A DNA stretch of 64,000 nucleotides from an uncultured delta proteobacterium (GTDB lineage: Bacteria; Myxococcota_A; Polyangia; Haliangiales; Haliangiaceae), in contig CAVUQH010000024.1 of the NCBI GenBank assembly GCA_963743525.1, positions 129,763-193,762 on the forward strand, given 5' to 3'. This document shows positions 43,703 through 58,823 of the stretch, piece after piece (position 1 is the stretch's first letter; the number at the start of each line of letters is the position of its first letter). The notes under the pieces were generated by a model that made no database searches, had not been told where the DNA came from, and worked only from the letters and a program-made list of their open reading frames with translations. Both the position numbers and the translations under genes were made by a program.

Positions 43703-45008
43703 CTACGGGATCGTCGCCGCCGGCGAGATGATCGAGGTCGTGCCCACCATCGGGGTCTTGGGCGAGTACAGGACGATGAAGCCGGCGCCGCCGCCGCCGC
43801 CGCCGCCGCCCCGCGCCGCGACCGTCGAGCTCGAGCCGGCGAGCGTGCCCGCCGCCGAGCCGTCGCCGCCGGCGCTGCCGTTGCCCTGCTGGGCTCCGCC
43901 CGCGGCTGCCTGCGCGCTGGGCTTGCCGTCCTCACCCGCGGTCGCCGCGGACTGATCGCTGCCGCCGCCGCCGCCGCCGCCGTTGGCCGCCAGCACGGCG
44001 CCGTTGTCGATCGAGATGGTGTCGGCTTCCAGACCGATCATGCCGCCACTGCCGCCGCCGCCGGCGCCGGCGCGAGTGCCGCCGCCGGGTCGCCCCCGGC
44101 ACCGCCCGCGTGCACGGTGCCGCTGACCGTGAGGTTGGCGCGCGCGGCCACGTGCACGGCGCCGCCGCCGGGTGCGCCGGGGCCCTGCAAATCGGCGGCG
44201 TTGTTGGGCGCGCCGTCGCGCCCCGCGCATCCGCCGCGGATCGCCGCCGGCGCGGCGCCAAGGTGACGCCGCCGGCGCCGCCGGGGATGCCGCTGGTGTT
44301 GACGGTGTCGCCGCAGTCGTGGCCGTCGCCGCCTTCAGTCCGCCGTCGCCACCGTCGCCGGCGAACGCGCCGGCGCCGCCGCCGCTGCCGCCGTGCTGCG
44401 CGCAGGTCGCCCCCGGATCGGGCGGCGAGGCCGGGCACGCCGACGGGTCGGCGCCGGCGCCCTGGGTGTAGAAGAAGCCGGGTATCTCGATCCAGCTACT
44501 GCTGGCGTCGAGGTGCCACTCGATGGTGGCGTCGTTGGTCAACACGATGATCAGCGGGTGGCTTCCGGTGACGCGCAGCGTGGAGCTCGACGCCCAGCGA
44601 GAAACCGCTGGTGAGGATGCGGCGGGCGTCTCCGACCATGGTGCTGGGCGGCATGGTCGCCGGACCGAACGGCGGCTGCAGCCCGCCGGTGTCGGTGTCG
44701 TAGAGGTAGAGCCCGGTGCCGCTGAGGTCGAGGGACGGACCGGGCGCCGGCTCTCCGCCGCTGCACGGATCGTAGTAGAGCGGGTCGTAGTCCCAGGCGC
44801 AGTTGGCGTCGGGGCTGCCCGGCGCAGCATCGGCGCTGGCCGGCCGCGCGTCGGGGCTGCCCGTCGCGGCGTCAACGCTGCCCGGTCGAGCATCGATCGA
44901 CGAGCCGCCGCCGTCGTCGCCGCCGAAGCCGACGCCGGATGGATCGAAGCGGCAGGCGGCCAGCGCCAGCGCCAGCGCCAATACGGTGAGTCCCGTGCGG
45001 ACGATCAT
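43703..45008 (-). pseudogene. Gly-rich secreted lipoprotein fragmented by several frameshifts (pseudogene or error-prone GGx-repeat region)
   Basis: Lipoprotein start MIVRTGLTVLALALALAAC at 45008 (ATGA overlap with GNAT stop). Coherent segments recur in three frames: ...NCAWDYDPLYYDPCSGGEPAPGP... (frame A); ...LRVTGSHPLIIVLTNDATIEWHLDASSSWIEIPGFFYTQGAG... (frame B); ...MIGLEADTISIDNGAVLAANGGGGGGG...GAGFIVLYSPKTPMVGTTSIISPAATIP (frame B/C end). Segments are separated by Arg-rich nonsense. Confidence 0.55.
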
Positions 45009-45436
45009 CCGCGGCGGCCCAGCGCCGCGCGGAGCAAGCAGCCGTCCTCGGACGGACGGAACCCGCGCTCGACCAGCCACGCGGTCACGTGCGATGCGTC
45101 GGGGTGGGTCGGCCGGACGACGTTGTAGAGGTAGGCCAGGCCGCGCGCCCGCGCCTCTTCCTCGAGCTTCTCCAGCACGAACGAGCCGACGCCGTGGCGC
45201 TGGACACCCGGCGCCACCGCCAGGAGGATCTCGGCGTCGCCCCAGACCACGTCCAGCCAGCCGTAGGCGACCACGCGCCCGTCCTCCTCGACCCGCCACC
45301 ACTCACCGGGAACGATCGCGCCAGGGGCCAGCTCGCGAAACCGCCGGTCGAACACGCCGGTCGGCGCCTCCCCGACGATCCCCTGCTTGCCCTCGTCCCA
45401 CACCGGTAGCTTCTCTCGGATCCAGGTAAGCGCCAC
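45005..45436 (-). CDS. GNAT family N-acetyltransferase
   Basis: GTG at 45436 with aaggaggggg RBS 7 nt upstream. Acetyl-CoA motif region AVAPGVQRHGVGSFVLEKLEEEARARGL. Confidence 0.8.
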   Translation of the reverse strand: MALTWIREKLPVWDEGKQGIVGEAPTGVFDRRFRELAPGAIVPGEWWRVEEDGRVVAYGWLDVVWGDAEILLAVAPGVQRHGVGSFVLEKLEEEARARGLAYLYNVVRPTHPDASHVTAWLVERGFRPSEDGCLLRAALGRRG

Positions 45437-45605
45437 GTGCCCCCTCCTTCGGCTGCTCCTGTCAACGGTATCCGGGCCGGGAACGCGAATCAACGAACAC
45501 CGTTCCGCGGCCGGCCCGGTCGGTCCGGAACCGCCCGATTCAGCAGCGAAATCGCCGTTCGGCGGCCGCTGGGGCTCGCCATCGGCGGGCCCGGCATGGT
45601 ATGCG

Positions 45606-45782
45606 ATGGCCATGGTCGACAAGATGTTCGGCAAGCCGCCCGAGGACATGACCGAGGGCATGTGGACGCGCCACTGGGTCCTCGCGCTGGGCGCGATGGG
45701 GGCGCTGATGGTGATCATCGCCCTCGTCTACGGAATGTGGGTCGTGAGCGACGGTCTGTCGTCCGGCCACATCCGCATGTAG
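45606..45782 (+). CDS. Small hypothetical membrane protein (about 58 aa)
   Basis: MAMVDKMFGKPPEDMTEGMWTRHWVLALGAMGALMVIIALVYGMWVV single TM. Weak support. Confidence 0.35.
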   Translation: MAMVDKMFGKPPEDMTEGMWTRHWVLALGAMGALMVIIALVYGMWVVSDGLSSGHIRM

Positions 45783-45784
45783 CG

Positions 45785-46111
45785 CTAGTTGATCGTCGGC
45801 CGCACCACGCGGAACCACAGGCTGCGGTGCACGTGGCAGCGCGTGCAGACCACCTGGATGTCGCGCAGGATGCTGCCGTCTTCTTGCGGCACCGCCGCCT
45901 GATCCTCGATCCGCAGGCGTCCGCCGCACTGTGGGCATGGCGCCCGCCGCGCGCGCCCCTCGATCACCGCCGGCGTCGGCACCTCGATCGGGTGCTCGGG
46001 CGCACCGCCGGGCAGCTGCGCGGCCAGGTCCTCGCGTTCGCGAACCTCCTTGCGCATGCGGCGCTCGCCCACGCGCCGGGTGACGCGTGGGCGTTTGGGT
46101 TTCTTGGTCAT
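45785..46111 (-). CDS. Small zinc-ribbon protein (two CxxC pairs), last gene of the beta-oxidation operon
   Basis: MTKKPKRPRV... CPQCGG ... CTRCH. Immediately downstream of the thiolase gene on the same strand. Confidence 0.6.
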   Translation of the reverse strand: MTKKPKRPRVTRRVGERRMRKEVREREDLAAQLPGGAPEHPIEVPTPAVIEGRARRAPCPQCGGRLRIEDQAAVPQEDGSILRDIQVVCTRCHVHRSLWFRVVRPTIN

Positions 46112-46143
46112 CGGCAGCGCGAAGGCTACCCGAGGCGACGCCG

Positions 46144-47424
<1,281 letters not shown>

Positions 47425-47433
47425 TGCGGGCTC

Positions 47434-49401
<1,968 letters not shown>

Positions 49402-49540
49402 GGGGCGCACATTATGCTGCCGGTCGGGAGCAGTAAAGTGCGCATCGACGCGGGCGGCCCGGCGGTCCGGATCCGGTCCCGCGACCCGAATGATTCCCGT
49501 GTCTTGTCGATTGAATCGGCGGCCGGGTATGGTGCATGCG

Positions 49541-50979
49541 TGGCGAGGTGGCAGCGGCTCTCTGCGTTGGACGCGTCCTTTCTCGGGATCGAGACCGAAC
49601 GTGCGCACATGCACGTCGGCGCGCTGGTGGTGCTCGAGGCCGGCCCGCTGGCCACCGCCGACGGCGGCATCGACTTCCCGACGTTGAATCGCTACTTCGA
49701 GGCGGTCATCGCCAAGCTGCCGCGCTACCGGCAGAAGCTGGCGTGGGTGCCCGGCCTGCATCACCCGGTGTGGGTCAACGACGAAGATTTCAACATCAAC
49801 TATCACGTGCGCCACACCGCGCTGCCCGGCCCCCGCGACGAGCGCGTGCTCAAGCGGCTGGCCGGCCGCATCTTCTCCCAGCGCCTCGACCGCACCCGCC
49901 CGCTGTGGGAGGTGTGGATCGTCGAAGGCCTGACCGGCGGACGCTTCGCGCTGATCTCCAAGATCCACCACGCGATGATCGACGGCGTCGCCGGCGTCAA
50001 CCTGATGGCTGCGCTCCTGCGCGGCACGCCCGATCGAACCCTGCCGCCGGCGCCCGCGCCGTGGGAGCCGGCACCACCGCCGTCGTCGGCCGAGCTGCTG
50101 GCCGCCGAGCTCGAGCACCGCGCGCGCGGCTCGCGCACCGTGTTCGATCGCCTGCGCGCCGCCGCCCGCGATCCACTCGGCTGGTGGGAAGAGACCAAGG
50201 ACACGGCGATGGGACTGGCCGACTCGCTGGCCGCGGGCATCGTCCCGGCCTCGCCCACGCCGATCAACCCGCGCAAGATCGGACCGCACCGCCGCTTCGA
50301 CGTCTGGAGCGTCAACCTCGAGCGGGTCAAGGCGGTGAAGACCGCGCTGGGCGCCAAGCTCAACGACGTAGTGCTGGCCACCGCCACCGGCGCCCTCGCC
50401 CGCTTCCTCGAGCGGCGCGGCGCCGACGTGCGCAACCTGTCCGACTTCCGCGCGCTGGTACCGGTGAGCATTCGCAAGGAGGGCGAGCACGCCAGCGGCG
50501 GCAACCGCGTGGCGATGATGCTCGCCCACCTGCCGATCGAGGTCGCCGACCCGCAGCTCCGCCTCGAGCGCGTGTGCGAGGTGATGACCCACCTCAAGAC
50601 CCAGTCGCGCCAGGTCGAGAGCACCGCGCTGATCGAAGAGCTCAGCGATCTGACGGCGACCTCTCTGGTCAAGCAGGTGCTGCGCACCGCCGGCCGCCAG
50701 CGCGCCTACAACGTGGTCATCACCAACGTGCCCGGCCCGCCGTTCCCGCTCTATCTGCTCGGCGCGCGCATCCAGTCGGTCTACCCGCTGGTGCCGCTGC
50801 TCGAGAACCAGGCCCTGGGCATCGCGCTGTTCAGCTATGCCGGCAGCCTGTGCTGGGGCATCGTCGGCGACTGGCAGTCGATGCCCGACCTCCACGACTT
50901 CGTCGATGACCTCGAGGCGTCGTTCGCCGCGCTCGAGGCGGCCGCCGGTCGCGACCGCGCTGCCGAGAGCATCGCGTGA
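49541..50979 (+). CDS. Wax ester synthase / acyl-CoA:diacylglycerol acyltransferase (WS/DGAT) family protein
   Basis: LSALDASFLGIETERAHMHVGAL N-terminus. HHAMIDGVAG catalytic motif (HHxxxDG). About 480 aa. Confidence 0.85.
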
Positions 50980-52448
50980 GACGACCGCGTCGCCCCGACC
51001 TGTGGCTGGGCCTGGGGCTGGTGGCGCTGTTCGCGAGCGCTCTACCTGGCGACCATGTGTCGCGCCGTCTACTGGTACGACAGCGCCGAGTACGTCGCCG
51101 CGGCGGTGACCATCGGCATCCCCCACCCGCCCGGCTACCCGCTGTACACGCTGATCGCGCACACCTTTACCTGGCTGCCGGTCAACCCCGCGATCGCGGT
51201 CAACGCGGTGAGCGCGGTGTTCGGCGCCGTCGCCGTCGGGCTGTCGTTCGGCGCCGGGCGCGCGCTCGGCCTGCAGCGGGCGCCCGCGCTGTTCGCCGCC
51301 GCGCTGCTCGGCGCCGGCACCGTGTTCTGGGGCAACGCGGTGGTCGCCGAGGTCTACACCCCGGGGCTGGCGGTCTTCTTCACCGTCGTCTGGCTGCTGG
51401 CCCGCGGCGTGCGCGAGGACCGGCCGCTCCTGCTGGTCGGTGCCAGCGCGCTGGCCGGCGCCGGCATGGGCGTGCACATGTCGATCGCCACCACCGGGCT
51501 GGGGCTCGGCCTCCTGGTCTTCGCCACCGGCCTGCCGATCGAAGCGCCCGCGCGATCTGGCGCGACTGTTCTCGCGCGAGCAGCTTCGCCGTCGCCTGCT
51601 GGTGGCCGGCGGCTGCCTGCTGGCCGCCGCCGCCGCCGCCGCGCTGGTGTTCGCCTGGCTGCCGCTGCGCGCGTCGATGCACCCGAAGCTCAACTTCGGC
51701 GATCCGGAGACGTGGCAGCGCTTCGTCTGGCACGTCACCGGCGGCAACTACAAGCACTGGTTCGACGTGCCGACCACCGGTGGCCGCGTCGCCCGCATCG
51801 CCACCACGCTGGGCGAGCAGCTCGGCTGGGTCGGCCTGGCGCTGGCCGCCGCGGGTGTCGGCGCTGGGCCTGCGCCGCCGCCCGCTGATCACCGCCGCGC
51901 TGATCGCGATGGCCGCCGGCAACCTGTACTTCTTCTTCGACTACAAGGTGCACGACGTCGAGGTCTTCTTCCTGCCGACCACCGCGACGCTGTGCCTGCT
52001 GGCCGGCTTCGGCGTGCAGGAGATCGCCGGCCTGCTTCGTCCCGGCCTGTCGCGCGGCATCGCCGTGGCGCTGGGCGTGCTGCCGCTGGCGCTGGCGGTC
52101 GCCAGCTTTCGCCAGAACGATCTGTCCGACTACACCGCCGCGCGCGACTACGGCGAGGCGCTGACCCGCGAGCTGCCGCGCGGCGCCGTCATCGCCAACT
52201 TCACCACGCCGCCCGAGTGGCAGCGCGACGCGGTCTTCCACGACTACTTTCAGATCGTCCGCGGCGACCGCCCCGACGTCACGGTGCTGACCCGGCCGCC
52301 CGCGCAGCGGCTGGGCGAGCTGGTCGCCAGCGGCCGACCGGTCTACCTCTACTACCCGGTCGATCTAATGATGAGCGGCAGCTTCGCCCTGGCGCCCGAA
52401 GGGCACCTGGTCCGCGTCCGCCTCAGCGGCGGTCCGGGCGCACGATGA
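50976..52448 (+). pseudogene. DUF2723 / TMEM260-like polytopic membrane protein (putative glycosyltransferase), interrupted by at least three 1-bp frameshifts
   Basis: GTGA overlap with WS/DGAT stop. Frame A gives MRRPRRPDLWLGLGLVALFASAL. Frame B gives LYLATMCRAVYWYDSAEYVAAAVTIGIPHPPGYPLYTLIAH... (DUF2723 signature) to about 51535. Frame C gives RDLARLFSREQLRRRLLVAGG...WHVTGGNYKHWFDVPTTGG...LALAAAGV. Frame A again gives PLITAALIAMAAGNLYFFFDYKVHDVEVFFLPT...YLYYPVDLMMSG to 52448. Confidence 0.7.
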
Positions 52449-52734
52449 CGTAAGGCGCCAGATCGGCGACCGAGCGCGCGCCCAACCCGCGGATGAAGCG
52501 CAGGTCTTCGAGGCTCTCGAACGGGCCGCTCTGGTTGCGCCAGGCGATGATGCGGCGGGCGCGAAGGGGCCCCAACCCGGGCAAGAGCTCGAGCTCTTCC
52601 ACGGAGGCGCGGTTGAGGTCGAGCTTCTCGACCGGCTCGGTGCCGGCGCGGCGGCGCCGCGGCTCGCGCGGGATGACGGCTTCGTCGCCCAGCTCTTCGA
52701 TGTCGATCCGGGCAAATGGCTCACTGCTCTGCAT
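52423..52734 (-). CDS. ComEA-like helix-hairpin-helix DNA-binding protein
   Basis: DLNRASVEELELLPGLGPLRARRIIAWRNQSGPFESLEDLRFIRGLGARSVADL matches the ComEA HhH signature. Confidence 0.8.
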   Translation of the reverse strand: MQSSEPFARIDIEELGDEAVIPREPRRRRAGTEPVEKLDLNRASVEELELLPGLGPLRARRIIAWRNQSGPFESLEDLRFIRGLGARSVADLAPYVIVRPDRR

Positions 52735-52851
52735 AGCGACGGCAAAAGCCTACGCTTCCCCCCGGATCTGGCGAACGCGGCACAGCTAACAACAGGTGGC
52801 AGGGGATCCCCCGGGCCTGCGATTTTCGCATGAACTTACGTCGCAACTGAC

Positions 52852-53490
52852 GTGCTCCGTCCTCGCGGCTACCATCGCGGCGTGCAGCTCGACGTCCTCA
52901 TCGACGATCCCTCCGCGCGCATCGACGCTATCGCCGCCTTCCTGGATCCGCTGGACCCGGGCGGCCGCTGGGAACAGGTCCGCCATCTGTCCCGCGCGCG
53001 CCAGCGCATGCTCTACGAAAAGGCCGCCGAATCGGCGCCGATCGATCTGTCTCACTTCGTCGGCGACGCGCCTGCGGTCACCGAGGTGATCCACGACGGC
53101 CTCAACACGCTGCCGCTGCCGCCGCCGCTGCGCCGCTTTCAGAAGCGCTTCAGTCGACCCGACGACGGCAGCGATCGACTGTTCGGCTACAACGAAGGAC
53201 CGACCCGGCGCATGGTCGGTCCCGGCTTCTTCGTCGCCATCCCCACCGCCGGGCGCCCGCACTGGGAGTCGCGCGGCGCCGTCGTCATCGACTACTTCCA
53301 GGTGCCCGACGGCCCGGTGCCCGACGGCTGGCCCAGGGTGGTGCCCAACAGCCGCGGCGCCCAGCATTTCGTCTACGACGGCACCCGCGACTTCATGCGC
53401 CGGGTGTCGGCGCACGTCTCCATCGGCGCCGCCTTCAAGGGCGAGCGGCCGATGGATCACTACTTCGTGCTGGCGCGACGAGGCGCGTGA
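52852..53490 (+). CDS. Hypothetical protein
   Basis: 212-aa ORF with balanced composition. No recognised motif. Start may be an internal GTG. Confidence 0.55.
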   Translation: MLRPRGYHRGVQLDVLIDDPSARIDAIAAFLDPLDPGGRWEQVRHLSRARQRMLYEKAAESAPIDLSHFVGDAPAVTEVIHDGLNTLPLPPPLRRFQKRFSRPDDGSDRLFGYNEGPTRRMVGPGFFVAIPTAGRPHWESRGAVVIDYFQVPDGPVPDGWPRVVPNSRGAQHFVYDGTRDFMRRVSAHVSIGAAFKGERPMDHYFVLARRGA

Positions 53491-54392
53491 ACATCCGCGG
53501 GCTTGCGCGACGAGAGTTCGCTTCAGCGCGCCCGCCTGTCATGATGTGAAGCCCCCTCTGTTCCCGCCATGTGGATCCTCCTCGCCCTCCTCACCGCCGG
53601 GGCGGTCGCCCTGCTGGCGCTGCTCGCCCGGCGCCGGCGCCGCGCCCCGACCGCGCCGCCGTATCCGATCGTGCTCGTCCACGGCTTCCTCGGCTGGGGA
53701 GAGATCGAGCTGTTCGGCCGCCGCCACCGCTACTTCCGCGGCGTCGGCGAGGCGATGGAAGAGGTCGGCGCGCCGGTGCACGTGGTCACGATGCCGCCGG
53801 CGGCCTCCGTCGAGGAGCGCGCCGCAGCGCTGGCGCGCGCCGTCCACGGGCTCGAGGCGCCGCGGGTCCATCTGGTCGCCCACAGCATGGGCGGCATCGA
53901 CGCGCGCTACGCCATCACCCACCTGGGTCTCGCCGATCGCGTCGCGTCGCTGGTGACCATCGGCTCGCCCCACCGCGGCACGCCGCTGGCGCTCCTGGGC
54001 AACCTGGCGCCGGTGGCCGGCCTGCGCCGCGCCATCGCCCGCGCCGGCATCTCCGCCGACGCCAGTGAGTGGCTCACCCCCGAGCGGATGGCGCGCTTCA
54101 ACGACGACGTCCCCGATCACCCGGCCGTCTACTACGCCAGCGTCGTCGGCCGGGCGCCGCCGGTCGGCGCCAACCCGATCCTCCGCGCCGGCCGCCGCCT
54201 CATGGCCCGGCGCGCCGGCTCGAGCGACGGCATCGTGCCGGTCGATTCGCAGCGCTGGGGCGAGGTGATCGCCGAGCTCGACGCCGACCACTGGGCGCAG
54301 ATCGGCTGGTCGCGCGCGTTCGACGCCCGGCCGTTGTACCGAGAGATCGCCGGCCGGCTGCGCGCGCGCGAGCGCCCGATTAGAATGCGCCG

Positions 54393-55883
<1,491 letters not shown>

Positions 55884-55912
55884 CGCGCCGCGACTCCGAG
55901 CCCACGACCGGC

Positions 55913-56101
55913 TCAGTTCAGCGTCTCGGCTTCGACATCATCGAGCGCGTCGAAGCTTCCGGTTTCGACGATCGCATGGGCTACGACCCACGTAGCCAGC
56001 TCGGCCGCCACTTCCGGATTCTTCGTGAGCTCGTTCGCGGCATCGAATGCCGCCGCTACGAGCTCACCCAGACTCGCGTGCAGTTTGTGCGTTCCTTGCA
56101 T
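55913..56101 (-). CDS. Small hypothetical protein (62 aa)
   Basis: ATG at 56101 preceded by aagggggcaaagccg RBS. Weak support. Confidence 0.45.
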   Translation of the reverse strand: MQGTHKLHASLGELVAAAFDAANELTKNPEVAAELATWVVAHAIVETGSFDALDDVEAETLN

Positions 56102-56252
56102 CGGCTTTGCCCCCTTGGCAACTAGCTGATGCACACCCCGGGCCAGCCTTTGAACGCGACTCGACGCGGCGCACGAGCCACGCCCACACGCGGCTCGCCA
56201 CATTCAGCTTCGTTCCGTCCGCCTCGTTGCGGCGACGCTGGCCCTGACGCAG

Positions 56253-57884
56253 CTAGCGCGCGCCGGGGATGGGAGCCAGGCGGGCAGTGAACGAACCGCC
56301 GCGCTTGGACACACGGATGCGCTTCGACCACGGCTTGTAGCCGTCCAACGAAGCCGTCACCCAGACGGAGGTGTAGGCCTTGATGGTCGCTCGCGCGGGG
56401 GCGTGGCCGACGATGTCGCCGTCGATCGCCATGGTGGCGCCCGGCGGCACCGACGACAGCTTGATCTTGACGTCGGGCCGCACCAGGGTGACGTCGACTT
56501 CGGCGGGATTGCCTGGCTCCGGTACGACGGTGCGCTCGACCTCTTCGTAGCGCGGATGCTTGATGGCAACCTTGATCGGGGTGCCGCACGGCACCTCGCG
56601 ATCCACCGGTGGGTGACCAATGCGCTCTTCGTCGAAGTAGACGCGCGCGTCTGCGTACGACTTCACGGACACGTGGCAACTGCCGTCGCCTTCGACCGCG
56701 CCCGTCGAATCGTCGGCCGGCGCCGGGTCGGCAGGCGGGTCGGCGACGGCGTCATCGGCTGCGGGCTGCTCTGCGCTGTCGGCGCCGGTGTCCGAGCTGG
56801 AGCCCGGGGCGGTTGCCGGCGGATCGTCAGCAACCTGTGGATCAGCCGCTGTCGGTGAATCGGCCGGATCGGCCGCGACGTCGGGGGCCGGATCGGCGAC
56901 CGCGGGGCGGTCGTGCTCGACCGGCCGCTGCGGGGCGGGCGCCGACTTTGCCGCCAGGAGCGGACCGTCGGACGCGCGCGGGGCAGGCGACACCGCGGCC
57001 ACCTGGTCGCCGCGGTGGAGGTAGAAGTAGGTGCCGAAGATGCCGGCCGCGCCCGCGAGCAGCGCGATGAGCAGATTGGTGCCCAGCCCGTTCTTCACCA
57101 CCGGTTGTGGCGGCGGAACCACCGGGGCGGGCTCGTCGGCGGCCGGCACCGGCGTGGGTTCCGGGGCTGGAGCCGGTGTCGGCGCGCGAACGGCGACCAG
57201 TCGCGGCGAACCGGCCGGTCTCACCTCGGGCTCGTCGTCGCTCCACGGCGCGGCCTCGTCGTCGCCAGCGTGCGCCGCATCGTCACGCTCGGCGGGAACC
57301 GGCTCGTAGTCCTCGTGCAGCACGCACTCGACGAATCCCTCGAGCGTCTCGTCGGTGATTTGACTGAGTGGGTTGGCCGGGAGCGTGTCGCTGGCCCGAG
57401 GCGCCCGCGCTTCCGCGGCCGCCTCGGCCAACGCCTTCACGGCTGCTCCGACGGAATCGCCGCTCGCCGACTTGGCGGCCTGCGGGCCGGGTGGTGGTGG
57501 CGGCAGCGGTGGTGTCGCCGCCATCGCGCGCCGTTTGCGCTCCAAGAGCTCCGCCATCACCTCGTCGCCCCCCGGATCGAGCTTGACGATGTTGAGCCGC
57601 ATCTTGGCCGGCCGGTTGGTGCCGTCGGTCCGCGGCGCCCGCTCCGCGACGATGCCTACCCCGGCAACGATCACATCGCCGTTCTTCAGATGGATCGAGA
57701 AGCGTTGCCGCGAGCCCTTGGGCGGAAGCTCACGACTGAAGACGACCACCGAGTCCGCGTCGACGAACGCCTGGTACGCGTCGAGGAACGAATCCCGATC
57801 CTCGAGCTTCGACACCATCTTGACCACGGTCAACGGTCGTCCGGCTGGCATATCCCCAGCGCCCCCCCGGAGCACTACTTCCAT
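56253..57884 (-). CDS. PilZ-like N-domain / Pro-Ala-Asp-rich linker / TM / C-terminal PEGA-domain protein
   Basis: N-terminal MEVVLRGGAGDMPAGRPLTVVKMVSKLEDRDSFL...FSIHLKNGDVIVAG (PilZ-like beta-barrel). Single TM LLIALLAGAAGIFGTYFYL. C-terminal PEGA-type repeats (KIKLSSVPPGATMAIDGDIVGHAPARATIKA...WSKRIRVSKRGGSFTARL). Confidence 0.7.
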   Translation of the reverse strand: MEVVLRGGAGDMPAGRPLTVVKMVSKLEDRDSFLDAYQAFVDADSVVVFSRELPPKGSRQRFSIHLKNGDVIVAGVGIVAERAPRTDGTNRPAKMRLNIVKLDPGGDEVMAELLERKRRAMAATPPLPPPPPGPQAAKSASGDSVGAAVKALAEAAAEARAPRASDTLPANPLSQITDETLEGFVECVLHEDYEPVPAERDDAAHAGDDEAAPWSDDEPEVRPAGSPRLVAVRAPTPAPAPEPTPVPAADEPAPVVPPPQPVVKNGLGTNLLIALLAGAAGIFGTYFYLHRGDQVAAVSPAPRASDGPLLAAKSAPAPQRPVEHDRPAVADPAPDVAADPADSPTAADPQVADDPPATAPGSSSDTGADSAEQPAADDAVADPPADPAPADDSTGAVEGDGSCHVSVKSYADARVYFDEERIGHPPVDREVPCGTPIKVAIKHPRYEEVERTVVPEPGNPAEVDVTLVRPDVKIKLSSVPPGATMAIDGDIVGHAPARATIKAYTSVWVTASLDGYKPWSKRIRVSKRGGSFTARLAPIPGAR

Positions 57885-57986
57885 GGTCCGCCCAGACGCG
57901 CCGCTGATCAACCGTACGTCTGTCCTTTACGCACTTTCGGTCGAGCAGTATGATCGTGCTCGTTGCAGTCCTGGATCGTCAGGGGA

Positions 57987-58823
57987 ATGCGGCTGCTGGC
58001 GGTGACGATGTGTGTGTTGGTAGGCGCGCCAGCCACCGCGCATGCGGACCGCCACAAACAGGCGCGCGCCGCTCGCACCAATCTGAAAGCCGGCATCAAG
58101 CTGTTCGAAAAGGGCGAGCACGACCTCGCCATCGAGAAGCTCAAGATCGCGCTGGCGCTCGGTGGCGACGCCTCTGCCAACTACTACCTCGGCCGCGCCT
58201 ACGAAGCCAAAGACGAGCTGGCGCAGGCCGTCTACTACCTGCAGACCTTCCTCGACGCCAAATCGCGCAAACACAGGCACCTGCGCAACGATGCCGAAAA
58301 GCGCGTCGCCGCACTGAAGAAGAAGCTCGACGACGCCGCCGATACCACGACCGAGCCAGCGCCCGAGCCGCCGCCCGAACCACCGCCGCCGGCCCCCGCG
58401 CCCAAGCCAGACGTCGCGCCCGCGCCTGCGCCCGTGGTCACCCCCGAGCCAGAGCCCAGCCCCGGCCCCCGGCAGGATCAGCCGCACGGAATGACCGGCA
58501 TGCGCATGGCCGGCCTCGCCACTCTCGGCGCCGGCGTGCTGCTCGCCGGCACCGGCGGCTACTTCGCCTACGTCGCCCACGATCGCTCGAACCAGCTGTC
58601 GGATCTGTTCGCCGGCGGCGCCACCTGGGACAACAGCTACAACGACCTCTACGACCAGGGGAAAGCCGCCCAGCGCAACGCGCGCATCCTCATCGGCATC
58701 GGCGGCGCGGCCGCGATCACCGGCGCCGTCCTGGTCGTTCTCGGCCATCGCGACTCCCCGCCTCCGGTCACCGTCTCCGCCCTCCCCGGCGGCGCAAGCG
58801 TGAACGTATGGTGCGACTTCTAG
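57987..58823 (+). CDS. Secreted TPR-like protein with Pro-rich linker and C-terminal TM helices
   Basis: Signal MRLLAVTMCVLVGAPATAHA. TPR-like helices (AIEKLKIALALGGDASANYYLGRAYEAKDELAQAVYYLQTF). PEPAPEPPPEPPPPAPAPKP linker. Two hydrophobic segments. Confidence 0.65.
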   Translation: MRLLAVTMCVLVGAPATAHADRHKQARAARTNLKAGIKLFEKGEHDLAIEKLKIALALGGDASANYYLGRAYEAKDELAQAVYYLQTFLDAKSRKHRHLRNDAEKRVAALKKKLDDAADTTTEPAPEPPPEPPPPAPAPKPDVAPAPAPVVTPEPEPSPGPRQDQPHGMTGMRMAGLATLGAGVLLAGTGGYFAYVAHDRSNQLSDLFAGGATWDNSYNDLYDQGKAAQRNARILIGIGGAAAITGAVLVVLGHRDSPPPVTVSALPGGASVNVWCDF

